Assembly (NCBI GenBank): GCA_964016885.1
Contig: CAXHJY010001189.1
Location: forward strand, 62,001 to 126,000
Source: Eledone cirrhosa
Lineage: Eukaryota
Direction of reading: 5' to 3'
Length of the DNA stretch: 64,000 bases
Below the pieces are notes generated by a model that saw only the letters and a list, made by a program, of their open reading frames with translations, was not told where the DNA came from and searched no databases. The position numbers and the translations under genes were made by a program. The first letter of the stretch is position 1; every line of letters starts with the position of its first letter. Shown here piece after piece: positions 37,236 through 49,805 of this stretch.

Positions 37236-38589
37236 CAACTTTTGCTCTAACCAGCTTTAGAGGGTCTAATCAGTCACATTGTCTCATCCTCTAGGAAACT
37301 ATTCTAAATATTTATCTGCTCTTGCAAGTTAACAGAAACCCAATGTATTTCTCCACTGGTCTCAGACCTCTATCATCTGTCATCTGTTCTCTGACAAGCT
37401 TAACATTCTCTTTCATCTACTTCACCTAACACATGTAACTTTTTCTTTAACCAAAATAACCCAATGCATACATGGCTCATGTCTCCACACACCAACCATT
37501 GCCATTTTGCCCTGTACTCAATGAAAGAAAATCCGAGAAATGCCATTCAATTATTTTCTCATATCTAGTCAATTTAAAATCACATTTTTTTTTCTTTCTT
37601 TTTAACCCTTTCATTACCATGAATCTAATAAAAGTTTATACATTTTTTTTAATAATGATCAAGAATTTGGAGGGATTTAGTAAAAAACAAAAAAAAAAAA
37701 AAAACTTTCTCATTAAGCTAGTGTTTGAAACATAACTTAAAGGCATTTATATACAATAAGGTTTTAGGTAAATATAAACACTTTGAAATAACAGTCTCGT
37801 ATCAAAATGGTTCACGTCTATCCTACTAAACTAAAATGAGTTCTCATAGGCGAAAACCTAACTTGGGAGAAACTAAACGAAGTTTGACAGATGCTATCAT
37901 AGAAAATGAAAATTTTTTTTTTTTTCATATTTCGCCATAAACAATTTCATCAATCATCAGAAGTATACTGGTGACACCGTTCTCAACACCATATCCACTT
38001 CAAATTGTCTCAAAACGACAATCCTTTTTTCCTGTTTTGCTTAAAAACAAATTCTTTTATTTCTAAAAGAGAATCCATTAGCTAATTCTGAGCACTTAAC
38101 GTAGATCTTCAAAAATGATTTTCTCGATATTAGATGTTTTTTGTTTTTGTTTTAGGTTTTACGATTATTTTTCATATATATATTTTTGAGGGCGAAGTGG
38201 GGGTGCTAAAGTCTAATTAAAAGCCACAAAAATATAAACAAAAACAATAGCTTTACCCCCCTGAAAAGTACAAATTCTAAATAACATGAGACACTAAGTA
38301 GTTAATTATCTTTCAAAAATCTATTTTTACCTGACATTTATTGAAAAAAGGTATAGGAAAAAAAAATCAATTTCAATGTCTCGAGGCAAGTCGGTTCGTT
38401 CTCTATTAATAGAATATCATGATCCACTTTAGATGGTGAAAGAAAATAGATCTATAATCGTTTTATTAAGAACAGTGAGCAGTATTTGAAAATGAAATCA
38501 AAGATAAGCAAGAGGAAAACAAAAATCGCATTAGACACATGTAGAACAAAGACAATGACACAAGCGTATATGTGTATAGACAATATAGG

Positions 38590-38820
38590 TGCGAGTGTGT
38601 AATGTGTGTGTGCTTGGGTAATATATGTATATATGCGTGTGTACTTGAGTAATATATATATATATATATGTGTGCTTGCATAATATCATAATATATGTAT
38701 ATATGTGTGTGTACTTGGGTAATATATGTATATATGCGTGTGTGCTTGGGTAATATATATGTGTGTGCTTGCATAATATATGTATATATGTGTGTGCTTG
38801 GGTAATATATGTATATGCGT
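38590..38820. repeat. ~30-bp compound minisatellite
   Basis: GTGTGTGCTTGGGTAATATATGTATATATGC-like units. Confidence 0.8.
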
Positions 38821-38913
38821 AAAATGTGATCGGAACCAAATTACTTATCCCTTGAACTTTTCAAAATACTAACTCTACAAATTTGAGTTCACTCTTAATA
38901 CATACACACACAC

Positions 38914-38951
<38 letters not shown>

Positions 38952-39068
38952 CTCGTTTAAAATGAAAGCACAAGAAGTAGTTCTAACATACTAAGTATGT
39001 GTGTTCCTTTTTATATCGTTTGAAATGAAACCACAAGTAGTCCTAACATACTACGTATATGTGTTCCT

Positions 39069-39115
<47 letters not shown>

Positions 39116-40073
39116 ACTTCGATTTATACCTAATATAATATATATACACACACATATGCACCAGATACACACGTGTATGTGTGTCAAATATGTATGTGTG
39201 AGTAATATTGACATTTAACAACGAATAAACTATAAATCTATTTTGATTACTTTTACTAATAAGAAGTAAAATATATAATCGTAGATGGCTATGTGTAGGC
39301 ATGCATACAAAAAGGAACTAAATTAAAATCAGAACAAGAAAATATATTAAACTCCTACAAATCATTAAACATATTTAGAGAACATGCTGATTGATAATTT
39401 AATAATCACGTTAAACCAAATGGTTAAAATGATATTTCACTTTATAATTTAAACTAGCAAGGCCGTTAAAAGGCTATGAAAATAAACCACTAAACTGGTG
39501 ACATTATCAACACAAAGACCTAATTTTAAAATAATCTAAATACATTTGTTCTTTTTTTTTTCTTCTTCTTTCCCTATCATAATTTCAATTTTACTGATTT
39601 GTTTAAATTAGATCACGCCTTAACTTAGTAAAACGTAATATTAGATAAGGATAAAAGTTTGATAGGATTTAACAAAAAACAAACACCAAACAAAAACGGT
39701 CAATGAACTGCTACTTCTACACAAAATGGTTTAGAACCGGAACAGAGAAGCAGTGTATGTGAGAAATATAGAAAGAAAGTGGATACTTAAAGTAACAAAG
39801 AGGGAACAAAAACAAAATGACATTATTTACTGAAAAAGAAAAACAAAACTTCATCGGAAAGATATATATATATGTGTGTGTAAAAATACATGAGTACCTA
39901 TAAGTATATATATTAAATATATAAATACGAAGCTTATTTGCCACAAGGGCATCGAAAGAATGTTAGAAAAACACAGAAACAGAACACTATAAATTATAAA
40001 TATGTAAAAACAAAATATACAACAATATCATATATATATATATATATAGAATAAAAATATAATTATCACTCAC

Positions 40074-40089
40074 CTCGGACACTGCTCAT
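40074..40089 (-). CDS. YTHDC1: YTHDC1 coding exon 1 (MSSVR-G)
   Basis: ATG AGC AGT GTC CGA G followed by a strong donor GTGAGT; phase 1 matches the next exon. Short exon, so the assignment rests on donor, phase and position. Confidence 0.7.
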
Positions 40090-40300
40090 TTCTTCATTTA
40101 TGTTGTGAGGAAAGTGGGGGATATGATATACTGCTACGAATAATAATAATTATCCCTCAGAAAAAGATGTTTTTTTGATGAGTGCCAGACCAAAATAAAT
40201 ATAAAAATAGTATATATGAACCAACTAGCAGCAGTTCTGGTCCAACAATAATTAATTATCTATTTTATATATATACATATATATATGTATGTGTATATTT

Positions 40301-40334
<34 letters not shown>

Positions 40335-41639
40335 TACACACGCACCTACGTCTCTCACTCTTTCTTTAACAATTTCAGTCTACTTGCACTCGCTCTCTCC
40401 TCTCACTGACACAAAAGGAAAGACGCAAGTACAATGGCGATGATACAAAATACACATCAGACAGTGGGAGAAGGAAAGAAGCAAAGAGGATTGAAGAAAA
40501 AAGGCATTGAAAATTGAGTGAGAAGGAAATGGGGGTAAAAGAGAAAATGTCGCTCGATGATTGACGACTCACAGCGTCCTCTAGCGACAACGTACGTGAA
40601 CTACTACAATTATAGTTCTTGGATCTATTAATTTCATTTTATAATTAAACAATTAACGTACCCGTTTTGGTGGGCATAGAGTGGGGGATGATTTAACTCT
40701 TTTTTATAATTATATTAAATTAATTTTCTTTGTTGTTAAAATATTGTCGACATTGTTCTTGATTTTCTCCCGAATTTGGAGTATTTAATCCCGACTTCCT
40801 TTCCAGTTCTTAGAAATAAAGAATTATATAATGTTCATTTTAAGTGTCATTAACCATTGAAGAAAGACTTAGCTCCCCTACATTTGTTTTTCATTCCCGT
40901 GACCTCTCTTCTCGTAACTAGGTTGTCTGGTGTGTACCATTAACTATTTGCATTGTACAATAAAGCTTTATTTAAAACTGTGAGTATGGTGTGGTGTGCG
41001 AAAAGGAACAATTGATCTCGGTTGGATGTGAACTCAGAAATAGAGTTGTCACTAATACCGGAAAAAAAGTATTTTGTCTGAATCTCTTTAGACACAAATC
41101 GAATAGAGGGGAGATTGGAGTGGATCGTCTTTTGTATTTGATTGTTACTTTATTTTATCGACCCCAGAAGGATGAAAGGTGACGCTTTGGGATCCTGCAG
41201 GATTTGAATGCAGAATAGAAAGGGTCTGAAAAATAACGCAATTAATTTTTTTTTTCAATGCGCTGACGATTCTGCCACCCCACCGAAAAGCTTCGACTGA
41301 TCACATGCACTTTAATACAATGGTCCAATGTGCTCGTTTGGCACACTAAAGATGCGTAGTTCGATTCCTGTAGGCATCTCTGTCCACTTTTTTCTGTCTT
41401 CGGGAGTATTTTACCCGCCCATTGCCTTGCAGAGATCTCATGTATCTGAATTTATAGTGGCACTGCCTTGGCATGGCCTCAGTTTGTCGTCTGGAACACG
41501 TGAAAGAGTAATACAATGTCAAAGTTGTATAACTGGTTTCAGCACGTAACCGGAGTTGAGGGGGGTTAATAACAGCAGAACATTTTTGTTTATGAATATA
41601 TTTCGTTTTTTCACGCCTATGAATAGAATATAAATAAAT

Positions 41640-41925
41640 AAAGGGAAGCGGAAGAGTGCTGGAGCTTCCTTCTAAAACTTTTTGAGGTAAGCCAATACAC
41701 TTGCAGAATTGTCACGGGTGATAGCGAGGTTAAGACGCTGGAATAACCAAGCACCCTCACGAGCATCACCTAAAGACAAGAACCTTGTTGTCAGCCGCCC
41801 AGCTCCTTTAGACGTCGCGAACGCTACAGGCTGAAAAAAATTGTTTCCCGATAATTCCTGGTATTTTATTCCGCACGGCTATAGGTGCAGTGACCCTCAC
41901 CTTTATCGCAGCATCCAGGATGAGG
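41640..41925 (-). mobile_element. CRE-like fragment, inverted copy
   Basis: Reverse complement reads ILDAA...FFQPVAF...WLFQRLNLAITRDNSASVL. Confidence 0.7.
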
Positions 41926-42694
41926 GATGGATGAAAAGAGTAGCAACTGGGACAGTTTATTGGATCCTCACCACCACCCTGGGAAGGACGAAAGGTAAAG
42001 ACAACCTTAGTGTGAGTTGAATGAAGAACATAGTGGTTCAAATACTATACAATCAGCCATTTACTATAACATACTATAACATCAGCCACTTGTGTGGATA
42101 TTTCTGATAGTTTCAGACAAAATTGTTTTGTGTTATACAAAAAATTGAGAACATATTTTATTACAATTGTATAAATTTACAGTAGAATAACGTTGCAAAT
42201 ATGTTTTAAATATATACATAAATAACATAACAAATGCGTATCTTGTTCAAATTCCCCTTGTCATCCTTCTTCTGTACATACATACCAGTGATATATTGAA
42301 GTCGATTTATAAAGCAGTAATTCTTAACTTTGTGCCTGAGCATTCCAAAGACACATGTACTTTTAACGTTAGTATCGTAGGTGAGAGGGCGGTACTTCGG
42401 CATAATATTTGAATATGTGTGTTGGGGGAGGGGATAAAGGGTGGCGTCGCTGCTTGACACGGTCCTTTGAATTACTGATACAGTCCATTCGATGGGCTTC
42501 CAAAGAGTTTCCGTCTACCCAATTTCGCTCACTAGATATGGATTGACTCAAAAGTTATGGTAGATGATAACTGTCCAAGATGCCAGACAGTGAAATCGAA
42601 CCAGAGACTTAATGATTACGAAGCGAACTTCTTAATCATTCGGCCATACTCTGTCCACGACACAGAAAAGGCCTGAACCACTGATTGGTCAATT

Positions 42695-43420
42695 TGAAAT
42701 CTAATCAGTCTTGGAACCATCTGGGTTGTCCAGAAGTGACGGCAAAAGACCTGACGGCCTTACCCTGTACTCCTGGTCGAGAGGCAGGTGCCTTGTGTGG
42801 AACGTCACTGTTAGTGACTCTTTTGCTCTTTCCCACATCCTGGATGCTGCGGTTAGGACGAGAGCCACAACTTCTGCAGCCGAGCGGAGTAAGACCCTCA
42901 AATACTCTGATCTGTCGGCCAGCTACATTTTTCAGCCTGTGGCTTTCGAGACGTTTGGGGAGTCGGGCCGCTGACTGCGAGGTTCCTTTCTTCACTGGCG
43001 GCTCGCCTAATAGAGGTGACTGGCGAATCTCGCGAGGGTGCTTGGCTGTTTCAGCGCATCAGCCTCGCCACCACCCGAGGTAACACTGCCAGTGTGCTGG
43101 CTTGCCTAAAAAATCATTAGAGAGGTTGCCCAGTAATCCTCGTTGCTGTCTTTTGCTCTGATGTTGGCTCCGTTGTTCACCCCTTCCTTTACATTTTCTT
43201 TAATATTGTAACATTAAAAGAATATATCTTTCTGAAAGAATCGCGAGCTATTTATAATGTTATCTAAGCATTTATAATGTTATTTATGTATATATTTAAA
43301 ACATATTTCTTATGTTATTCTACTGTAAATTTATTTATATGCTCTGTTTATATTTTCATTCTAAAAGAATTGCAAACGATTTGTAATGTTGTTTGTGCAA
43401 CTATGAATAAAAAATATCGT
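42695..43420 (+). mobile_element. CRE-like (RLE) non-LTR 3' fragment with AT-rich tail
   Basis: [21 protein letters not shown]...AFETFG...WLFQRISLATTRGN restriction-like endonuclease signature. Confidence 0.75.
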
Positions 43421-43429
43421 TATTATTTA

Positions 43430-43545
43430 AAATCCCGCCGAGGTTAACTTTGCCTTTCATCCTTACGGGGTCGATAAAATAAAGTACCAGTAATGCACTG
43501 GAATAATTGCTGGCCTGGTGCCAAAAGTAGAAACAATTATTTAAA
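43430..43545 (+). mobile_element. 5'-truncated SINE
   Basis: SINE core and tail, near consensus. Confidence 0.8.
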
Positions 43546-43797
43546 CAATACATTAGTGAATAAAACCTAATCCAGTACAAATATCTAAGTAGGTGATTAC
43601 TGACACATGCAGAATAACAACAATACTCAGTTTAAAGCAATCGGTATTCTGTACAGATATGTGAATTAAAATTTAAACTGCCTTGATTTCATGTTAACAA
43701 AACTAATGTATCTTTCTTTGTATGTATCTAATGAAAAAACGAAAGTGAAACACATAAAATCCGAGAAAACTCGATTTGGCCTGCGTCATCATATATA

Positions 43798-43874
43798 CAG
43801 GGTGTCCCAAAAATATATACACACTTTTATTAGAATGCTGTTGAAGTATGTATACATCTTTCGGGTACAACCTG
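43798..43874. mobile_element. 77-bp Tc1-like MITE
   Basis: TA-CAGGGTGTCCC...GGGTACAACCTG-TA, imperfect palindrome. Confidence 0.65.
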
Positions 43875-44535
43875 TATATATATGGTTGGACGAACCCGTA
43901 ATAACTCTTGATGAAATCGAAGGGCTGCCATTGTTACAAATCATGTTTTGGTTATTTTTAAAACCTGGCGGAGATCATCCCCTCTCCAGGTTTGAACACA
44001 GCCGATTCTTTCCAGAAATGGAAATAATTAGAAAGAGATATAGAGGAAGAATCAACCGCAGTACTGAACTGGTACTTTTCGACCTCAAAAGGACAAAAGG
44101 CAAAGTTGACCGCGGAGGAATTTGAATTCAGAGTCGAAACGAATACCGAAAAGCATTTTGTCGACTATATCAGTTCGCCGCCTATCGTCATCATATAGTA
44201 AACTACAAAAAGAGTTCACATAGAGTCATATAGTATTACGGGGTCGATAAAATAAAGCACCAGTAATAAACTGATATAATTGGTGGCCTTATGCCAAAAG
44301 TAGAAACAATTATTTTGCTCAGGAAGAAAAGTGTAAATATTCCTTCAGTAAAATAATTGATTTCATTTTATGAACTTTTCTTATGAAAATGAACCATTAA
44401 TTTCAATAGAATGAACTTAACAAAACCCCAACCCTATCGGGTTTTGAAATAATGTTTATAACTATTGAGATTTGAAATCTAAATCTGGTTAATCTAATCG
44501 ACAAGTTAACATGTGTTAGCTCCCTCTATCATAAA

Positions 44536-44602
44536 ATGGCTGAAGAAGAATTGAATAATTTAGCTGAAATATTCTGTCTGCCAGGAGAACTGACTCACTG
44601 GT
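44536..44602 (+). CDS. RWDD3: RWDD3 (RSUME) exon 1 (MAEEELNNLAEIFCLPGELTHW)
   Basis: AAAATGG start; EELxxLxxIFCxP is the RWD-domain N-terminus. Donor T|gtacgg was chosen by phase match, so the end is less certain. Confidence 0.8.
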
Positions 44603-44904
44603 GTACGGTTTTATTACTTTTTTAATTTTTTTTAAATCATCGTTTTATAATAACATAGTGTGTAATATGTTTCCATTATTTTTTTTTTACATAAATTTTT
44701 CACGCGTATAATTTTGGTACCGGTGCAAATTATTTTATTACCTTCTAAAAGTGTTTCAATTATTTTATTTCTGCAGAAATAAATAAAACCAATTTAGATT
44801 TAACAAGATATTTGGAACCAGCGGTAGGGGTTGGGGTTTCTGTGTCCACAGCTAAACTGAATAAGGCATTGAAATAACGTAACTTGTCCATGAATTACTG
44901 TTTT

Positions 44905-45030
44905 TGTGGGCGCAGCGTGGGCAAATGGTTAAGAAATTCGCTTCGTTACCATAATGTCTCGGGTCCGATCTTGAGCAAGTGCCTGCTACAATTACCAAAG
45001 GTTAACCCAAGTTTTGTGAGCGAAATATAT
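44905..45030 (+). mobile_element. Second tRNA-derived SINE family copy
   Basis: tRNA-like head TGGTTAAGAAATTCGCTTC...TTGAGCAAGTG; a related reverse copy at ~42540-42650. Confidence 0.5.
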
Positions 45031-45212
45031 ATAAATGCATATTTACACACACATACATTTATTATGGCTAAGCAATGAACTTTGTTATTCTGGAATTTCA
45101 CCTGCAAACTCGTAGCAAGTGCACAGGTGAAACTCCAGAGTTACAAGGCTCACTGCTTCGCCATAATAAATGAATATTTAAACCGTACTTTCCTCACGTC
45201 CGTCAATAACAC

Positions 45213-45216
<4 letters not shown>

Positions 45217-45268
<52 letters not shown>
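45217..45268. repeat. (AT)n microsatellite
   Basis: Seen directly. Confidence 0.97.
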
Positions 45269-45272
<4 letters not shown>

Positions 45273-45892
45273 GAAAATAGAGAAATTAATGTGAGCAAGA
45301 AGCCATATATATATATATATATAGCTAAATCTCTTCCCACATACTGGCCCTCAAATGACATGGCTGCTCTTTCTCTTTATCTTGGTTGGCTTCAGTAGTC
45401 TGGAGAGCCTGGCTGGCTTGAGGTGAAGTGAGATAAGTTTTTCTTTGGGTCATTCGACTGGTTCCTCGGAAGAGAAGCACCACTTCTACCTGCTCAAGCA
45501 AGTAGCGAGATGTAGCACTTAGCAAAACGCTACGGCCCTATCGACAAGGACCCGACAGCAATTCTTCCATCAACACTTCAACTACACAGTCATCTGCCTC
45601 TTCATATAGACAACACACCTTCCTTGCACTGCGAGCTTACTACTATCTCAGCTGGTATGTACACCCTGAAACAACTTGTCACTCTGTAACATTCTCCAGC
45701 ACAACACAGAACCCTCTTTTTGCAACACTGTTCATTTGTGAGTGTTACTATCAAACTTTATATTTATGATTCGAAGTAACATATTCTTTTCCCTTTTTGC
45801 TGAAGTGAAGTAAAGTTATATATCTAACCCAAATTATTGTATTTGTCGTGTTTATCATCCTCTTCAACATCAACCCCAAAACTTTGCTTTAT

Positions 45893-46512
45893 GATGGATG
45901 TGTAATAGTAATATACACGAACGGCAAAACATAAATGAATTGAGAGAGAGACTGAGCATAAGAGGAATCAAATGCTGTGTGCAGGAGAGGTGGTTGCGTT
46001 GGTGTGGACATGTGATGCATATGAAGGATGACAGCTGCATAAAAAGGTGCAGAGCACTAGAAGTTAATGGAAACCGCGGAGTGGGGAGACCTGGGATGAG
46101 GTGATAAAAGCCGACCTTACCCAATTACACCTCTCAAAGGCGATGACACACGACCGTGACCTCTGGCGTCACACAGTAATACAGAGTACCCGACCTCCCA
46201 TGGGTACAAGCTGAAGCATATAGACAATATGCCCCCACACCCTCCCACTGCAAAGTGGTCGTGGAGGTGCCACGGCAAAAAAGCACCCAACCCACACTGT
46301 AAAGTGGACATGTAGGCGCCATGGAAAAAAAGCACCCAGCACTCACTGTAAATGAGGTTGGTGTTAGGAAGGGCATCCAGCTGTAGAAATCAAGCCAGAA
46401 TCAGTTCCTGTATGAGCAAGACAAGGTCAGCCAACCGGACACTGCCCACAACAGGACAACCCGTCTAACCCATGCTAGCGTGGAAGAACGGACGTAAAAC
46501 AGTGATGATGAT
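45893..46512 (+). mobile_element. 5'-truncated RTE copy in RWDD3 intron 1
   Basis: Highly similar to 7231-7864, ending in a (GAT)n tail. Confidence 0.92.
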
Positions 46513-46694
46513 ATATATATATATATATATATAGTAAATAGATTTCTACACTCTACCCACCTGTATTGAGTGTTCATTCAGTTTAATGTTTGAATATTTT
46601 AAATGCTACGATATTTTAAACACATATTCTAATTCACACACACTTATACACTCATGTAACATCACATTTAAAAAAAATCTATTTTCATTATTAG

Positions 46695-46889
46695 GTGATG
46701 GGAAGAAAAAATATCTGAAAGTAATTATATCAGAGCAGTGCTATCACATAAGGTATGAGGTTGTGGTAGTCTTTAGTCTTTCTGAAGACTACCCCTCTGA
46801 AAGTTCCCTAGAGATAGACGTGTCCAGTACCTCCATGAAATGTGAAGATATTAAAAACAAATTACAAACATTTGCTCATCACAATGTTG
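46695..46889 (+). CDS. RWDD3: RWDD3 exon 2 (RWD domain, FSLSEDYPSE)
   Basis: ttattag acceptor and GTAAGT donor; LxxxYP RWD motif; 195 nt, phase 1-1. Confidence 0.88.
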
Positions 46890-47441
46890 GTAAGTTTCAC
46901 CTTTCTTTATTTTATACAATATGATAATTTATTCCCCACCTGCTGTATGGAGAAATTGTAAATAATGTGATGATAGAAGCATACATTTAACATAAAATGT
47001 GTCACATTGAGCTACCTGAAGGTAGCTTGTCCAAGGAAGAGATGGTGTATCTAGTTTGTGGTCAGATTCTTCTATCCAAAGCTGGGTACAGAGGATATTT
47101 AAAGAGTCATAGAAAACCAAATGGAATACACAGGTCTTCAAGTTAATGATGCATCCTTAACTTGCCATGTTTGTGGTAAATTATGCAGATCCATGTCAAT
47201 AAAATACATGTAGGTTAGCATGTTGCTGTTCCCTTGGTTGCTAATAAAAACAAAAGATATGTCCTATATGTAACATTCAATATAAATCACTTGCTGGTTT
47301 AAAAAAGCCACTATAGAGCTCGTCATGGCACATAGCATATAAGAAAGTTGACAAACTCAAAACCATGTAGACAACCATCATGTGTGTGTATATGTATATA
47401 TGCATGTATAATTTCCCAATACAGTATTTCCTCTGCTACAG

Positions 47442-47833
47442 GTAATCCAATACTGCTTGATTTGATAAACTATGCTAAAGAACTCGTACAAGATTTACAT
47501 GCTTCCAACATATCTAACTGTAGCCAACATGTGGAACAGAAGAAGGATTCTGTGATAGTGACAGATACACTGTCTTGCCCAACACCACTGCCATCACATG
47601 CCAAAAACTTGACAGCTTGTTCAGAGATATCACAGAACATTGGAAATGAAGCAGGAATTAAGGAAAGTCTTCAACCTTGGATCTTACTTCTTCATATTGA
47701 TCATATGAGGGCTAAAGCAAAATATATTAAATTTATTAAGAAATGGTGCAAAGATTTCCAATTAAGTGGGCATCTAATATTCTATAAGAAGATGATATTA
47801 CTTCTTCTTGTTGGAGAACACAGTAGTTTGAAG
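47442..47833 (+). CDS. RWDD3: RWDD3 exon 3 (WILLLHIDHMRAKAKYIKFIKKW)
   Basis: LLHxDHMRAKxKYxKxxxKW is characteristic of RWDD3; tacag acceptor and gtaata donor. Confidence 0.95.
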
Positions 47834-47894
47834 GTAATATTAACATAAAATCATTTGTTTGTGTTTATTAATTCTTCTTCTTATAAAATGTGGG

Positions 47895-49490
47895 AGAGCA
47901 GGAGATTGGTAGAATTGTATCTGTGGCTGAGGTTAATTTTGCCTCTGAACCTTCTGGGATATAAAATACCAGTAGAATATTGAGGTAAATTTAACTGACT
48001 AACCCTTCCCCACTAATTTCTGGCCTTGTGCCTATGTTAGAAACAATTATAAGGTGTTAGGAAGGGGTAAGTTGTAAGCAAAGTACCTTTATTTTATCGA
48101 CTCTATAAGGATGAAATGCGAAGCTAACCTTGGCAGAGTTTGAACTCAGAATGTAAATGGTGAAGTTCCCCATACCACAAAACACGATGTCTGATGCTCT
48201 ACTGATACTGTCAATCCACTGCCCTTGTCAATAATAATAATAATTGTTTCTGATTTAGGCACAAGGCCAACAATTTTTGGGGGAGGAGAAAGTCGATTAA
48301 ATCAAACCGTTACTGGTAATTTATTTTATCAAACCCGAAAGGATCAACAGCAAAGCTGAGCTCTGAACGCAAGGGGACATAACGGGGAGGGTACAAGAGT
48401 TTAAACTTATGCTAGTACTTGACAAGAGGTTGTTTTATTGACCCTGGAAAGATGAACAGCAAAGTCAACTTCAGCCAGATTTGAATTCAGAACATAAAGA
48501 GATTTAACTAAACACAGGACATTTTGTCAGACATTCTACTGATTATCTTAACCCTTTAGCATTTAAACTGGCCATATCCAGCCAGAATTCTCTCACCACT
48601 TTCTGTTCAAACCGGCCACTTGTACTGCTGTTAAGGTATTGTTCTCAAAATAAATAACATCAAAATCTCATAGATTTGATATTATGTGAGATAAAGCCTT
48701 TACCATGAAAATACAATAGTAAATATAAAGTAATGTAAATGCTAAAGGGTTAAGGTATTGTTCTCAAAATAAATAATATCAAAATCTCATAGATTCGATA
48801 TTATGTGGGATAAAGCTTTTACCATAAAAATACAATAGTAAATATAAAGTAATGTAAATGCTAAAGGGTTAAGGTATTGTTCTCAAAATAAATAATATCA
48901 AAATCTCATAGATTCAATATTATCTTAGATAATCATGTGAAATAAACTGTTTACCATGAAAATACAATAGTATATATAGAGAATTGTAAATGCTAAAGGG
49001 TTAATCCACTGCCCTCTGGTTTTTATCTTAGACATAAAGCAATAAATTATGAGGGAGAAGTATAGTTGATTAGATCAACCCACATTGTATGACTGGTATT
49101 TATTTCAATGACTGAGGATAGATGAAAGGCAGAGTTAATTTCTAGGTGAGATTCTGAACTCAGAATTTCTGCTCTTTCTCTCAATTTATTACTTTATTAA
49201 TAGTTAGTAGTAGTAGCAGCAACAGTAGTAGTAGTAGCAACAGCAATAGTTATAGTAATAGTAATGATTTCTAATCTTAGCAGAAAGCCTACAATTTGGG
49301 AGGGAGGAAAAGATCAACTATATTGACCCCTGTGCCTAACTGGTCCTTTATTTTATCAATCTTGGAAAGACGAAAGGTGAAGCTGAACTCAGTGGAGTTT
49401 GAACTTGGAATGTAAAGAGCTATAACTGAATGTTACAAAGATTTTATCCCCCACTCTACTAGTAGTAGTAATAATGATTTCTAACTTTTG
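47895..49490. mobile_element. Cluster of diverged SINE copies in RWDD3 intron 3, mostly minus strand
   Basis: Repeated GATGAAAGG...TTTGAACTCAGA reverse-SINE motifs. Confidence 0.7.
48552..49000. mobile_element. piggyBac-derived MITE with a triplicated right end
   Basis: TTAA-CCCTTTAGCATTT left end; three AAATGCTAAAGGG-TTAA right ends at 48750, 48869 and 49001; inserted in a SINE. Confidence 0.9.
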
Positions 49491-49805
49491 TATAATGTCA
49501 CACATTTGTGTGGAGTATATAGTTAACATTTGTATAAGGTCGCACTTTGAGAAGAGTATTGTTGACATAAGGTTACACATTTGAGTGGATGTATAGTTGA
49601 CCTTTGTATAAAGTCACATATTTGAGTGGATGTATAGTTGACCTTTGTATAAAGTCACATATTTGAGTGGATGTATAGTTGGTAAAATTTCACACATTTG
49701 AAGGGAATGTATAGTTGACCTATGTATAAGGTCACACATTTGAAGGGAATGTATAATTGACTGTTGTATAAGGTCACACATTTGAAAGGAATGTATAGTT
49801 GACTT
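49490..49805. repeat. 41-bp minisatellite, about 8 copies
   Basis: Unit GTATAGTTGACCTTTGTATAAAGTCACATATTTGAGTGGAT. Confidence 0.9.

Noticed and set aside
40598-40620. ZNF143/Staf-type ACTACAA promoter motif upstream of YTHDC1
   Set aside because: Only ACTACAAT matches and the TCCC half is missing; too weak to call.
49490-49805. CRISPR-like appearance of the 41-bp and 32-bp (62309-62575) arrays
   Set aside because: The units are contiguous with no unique spacers, no cas genes are present, and the context is eukaryotic.
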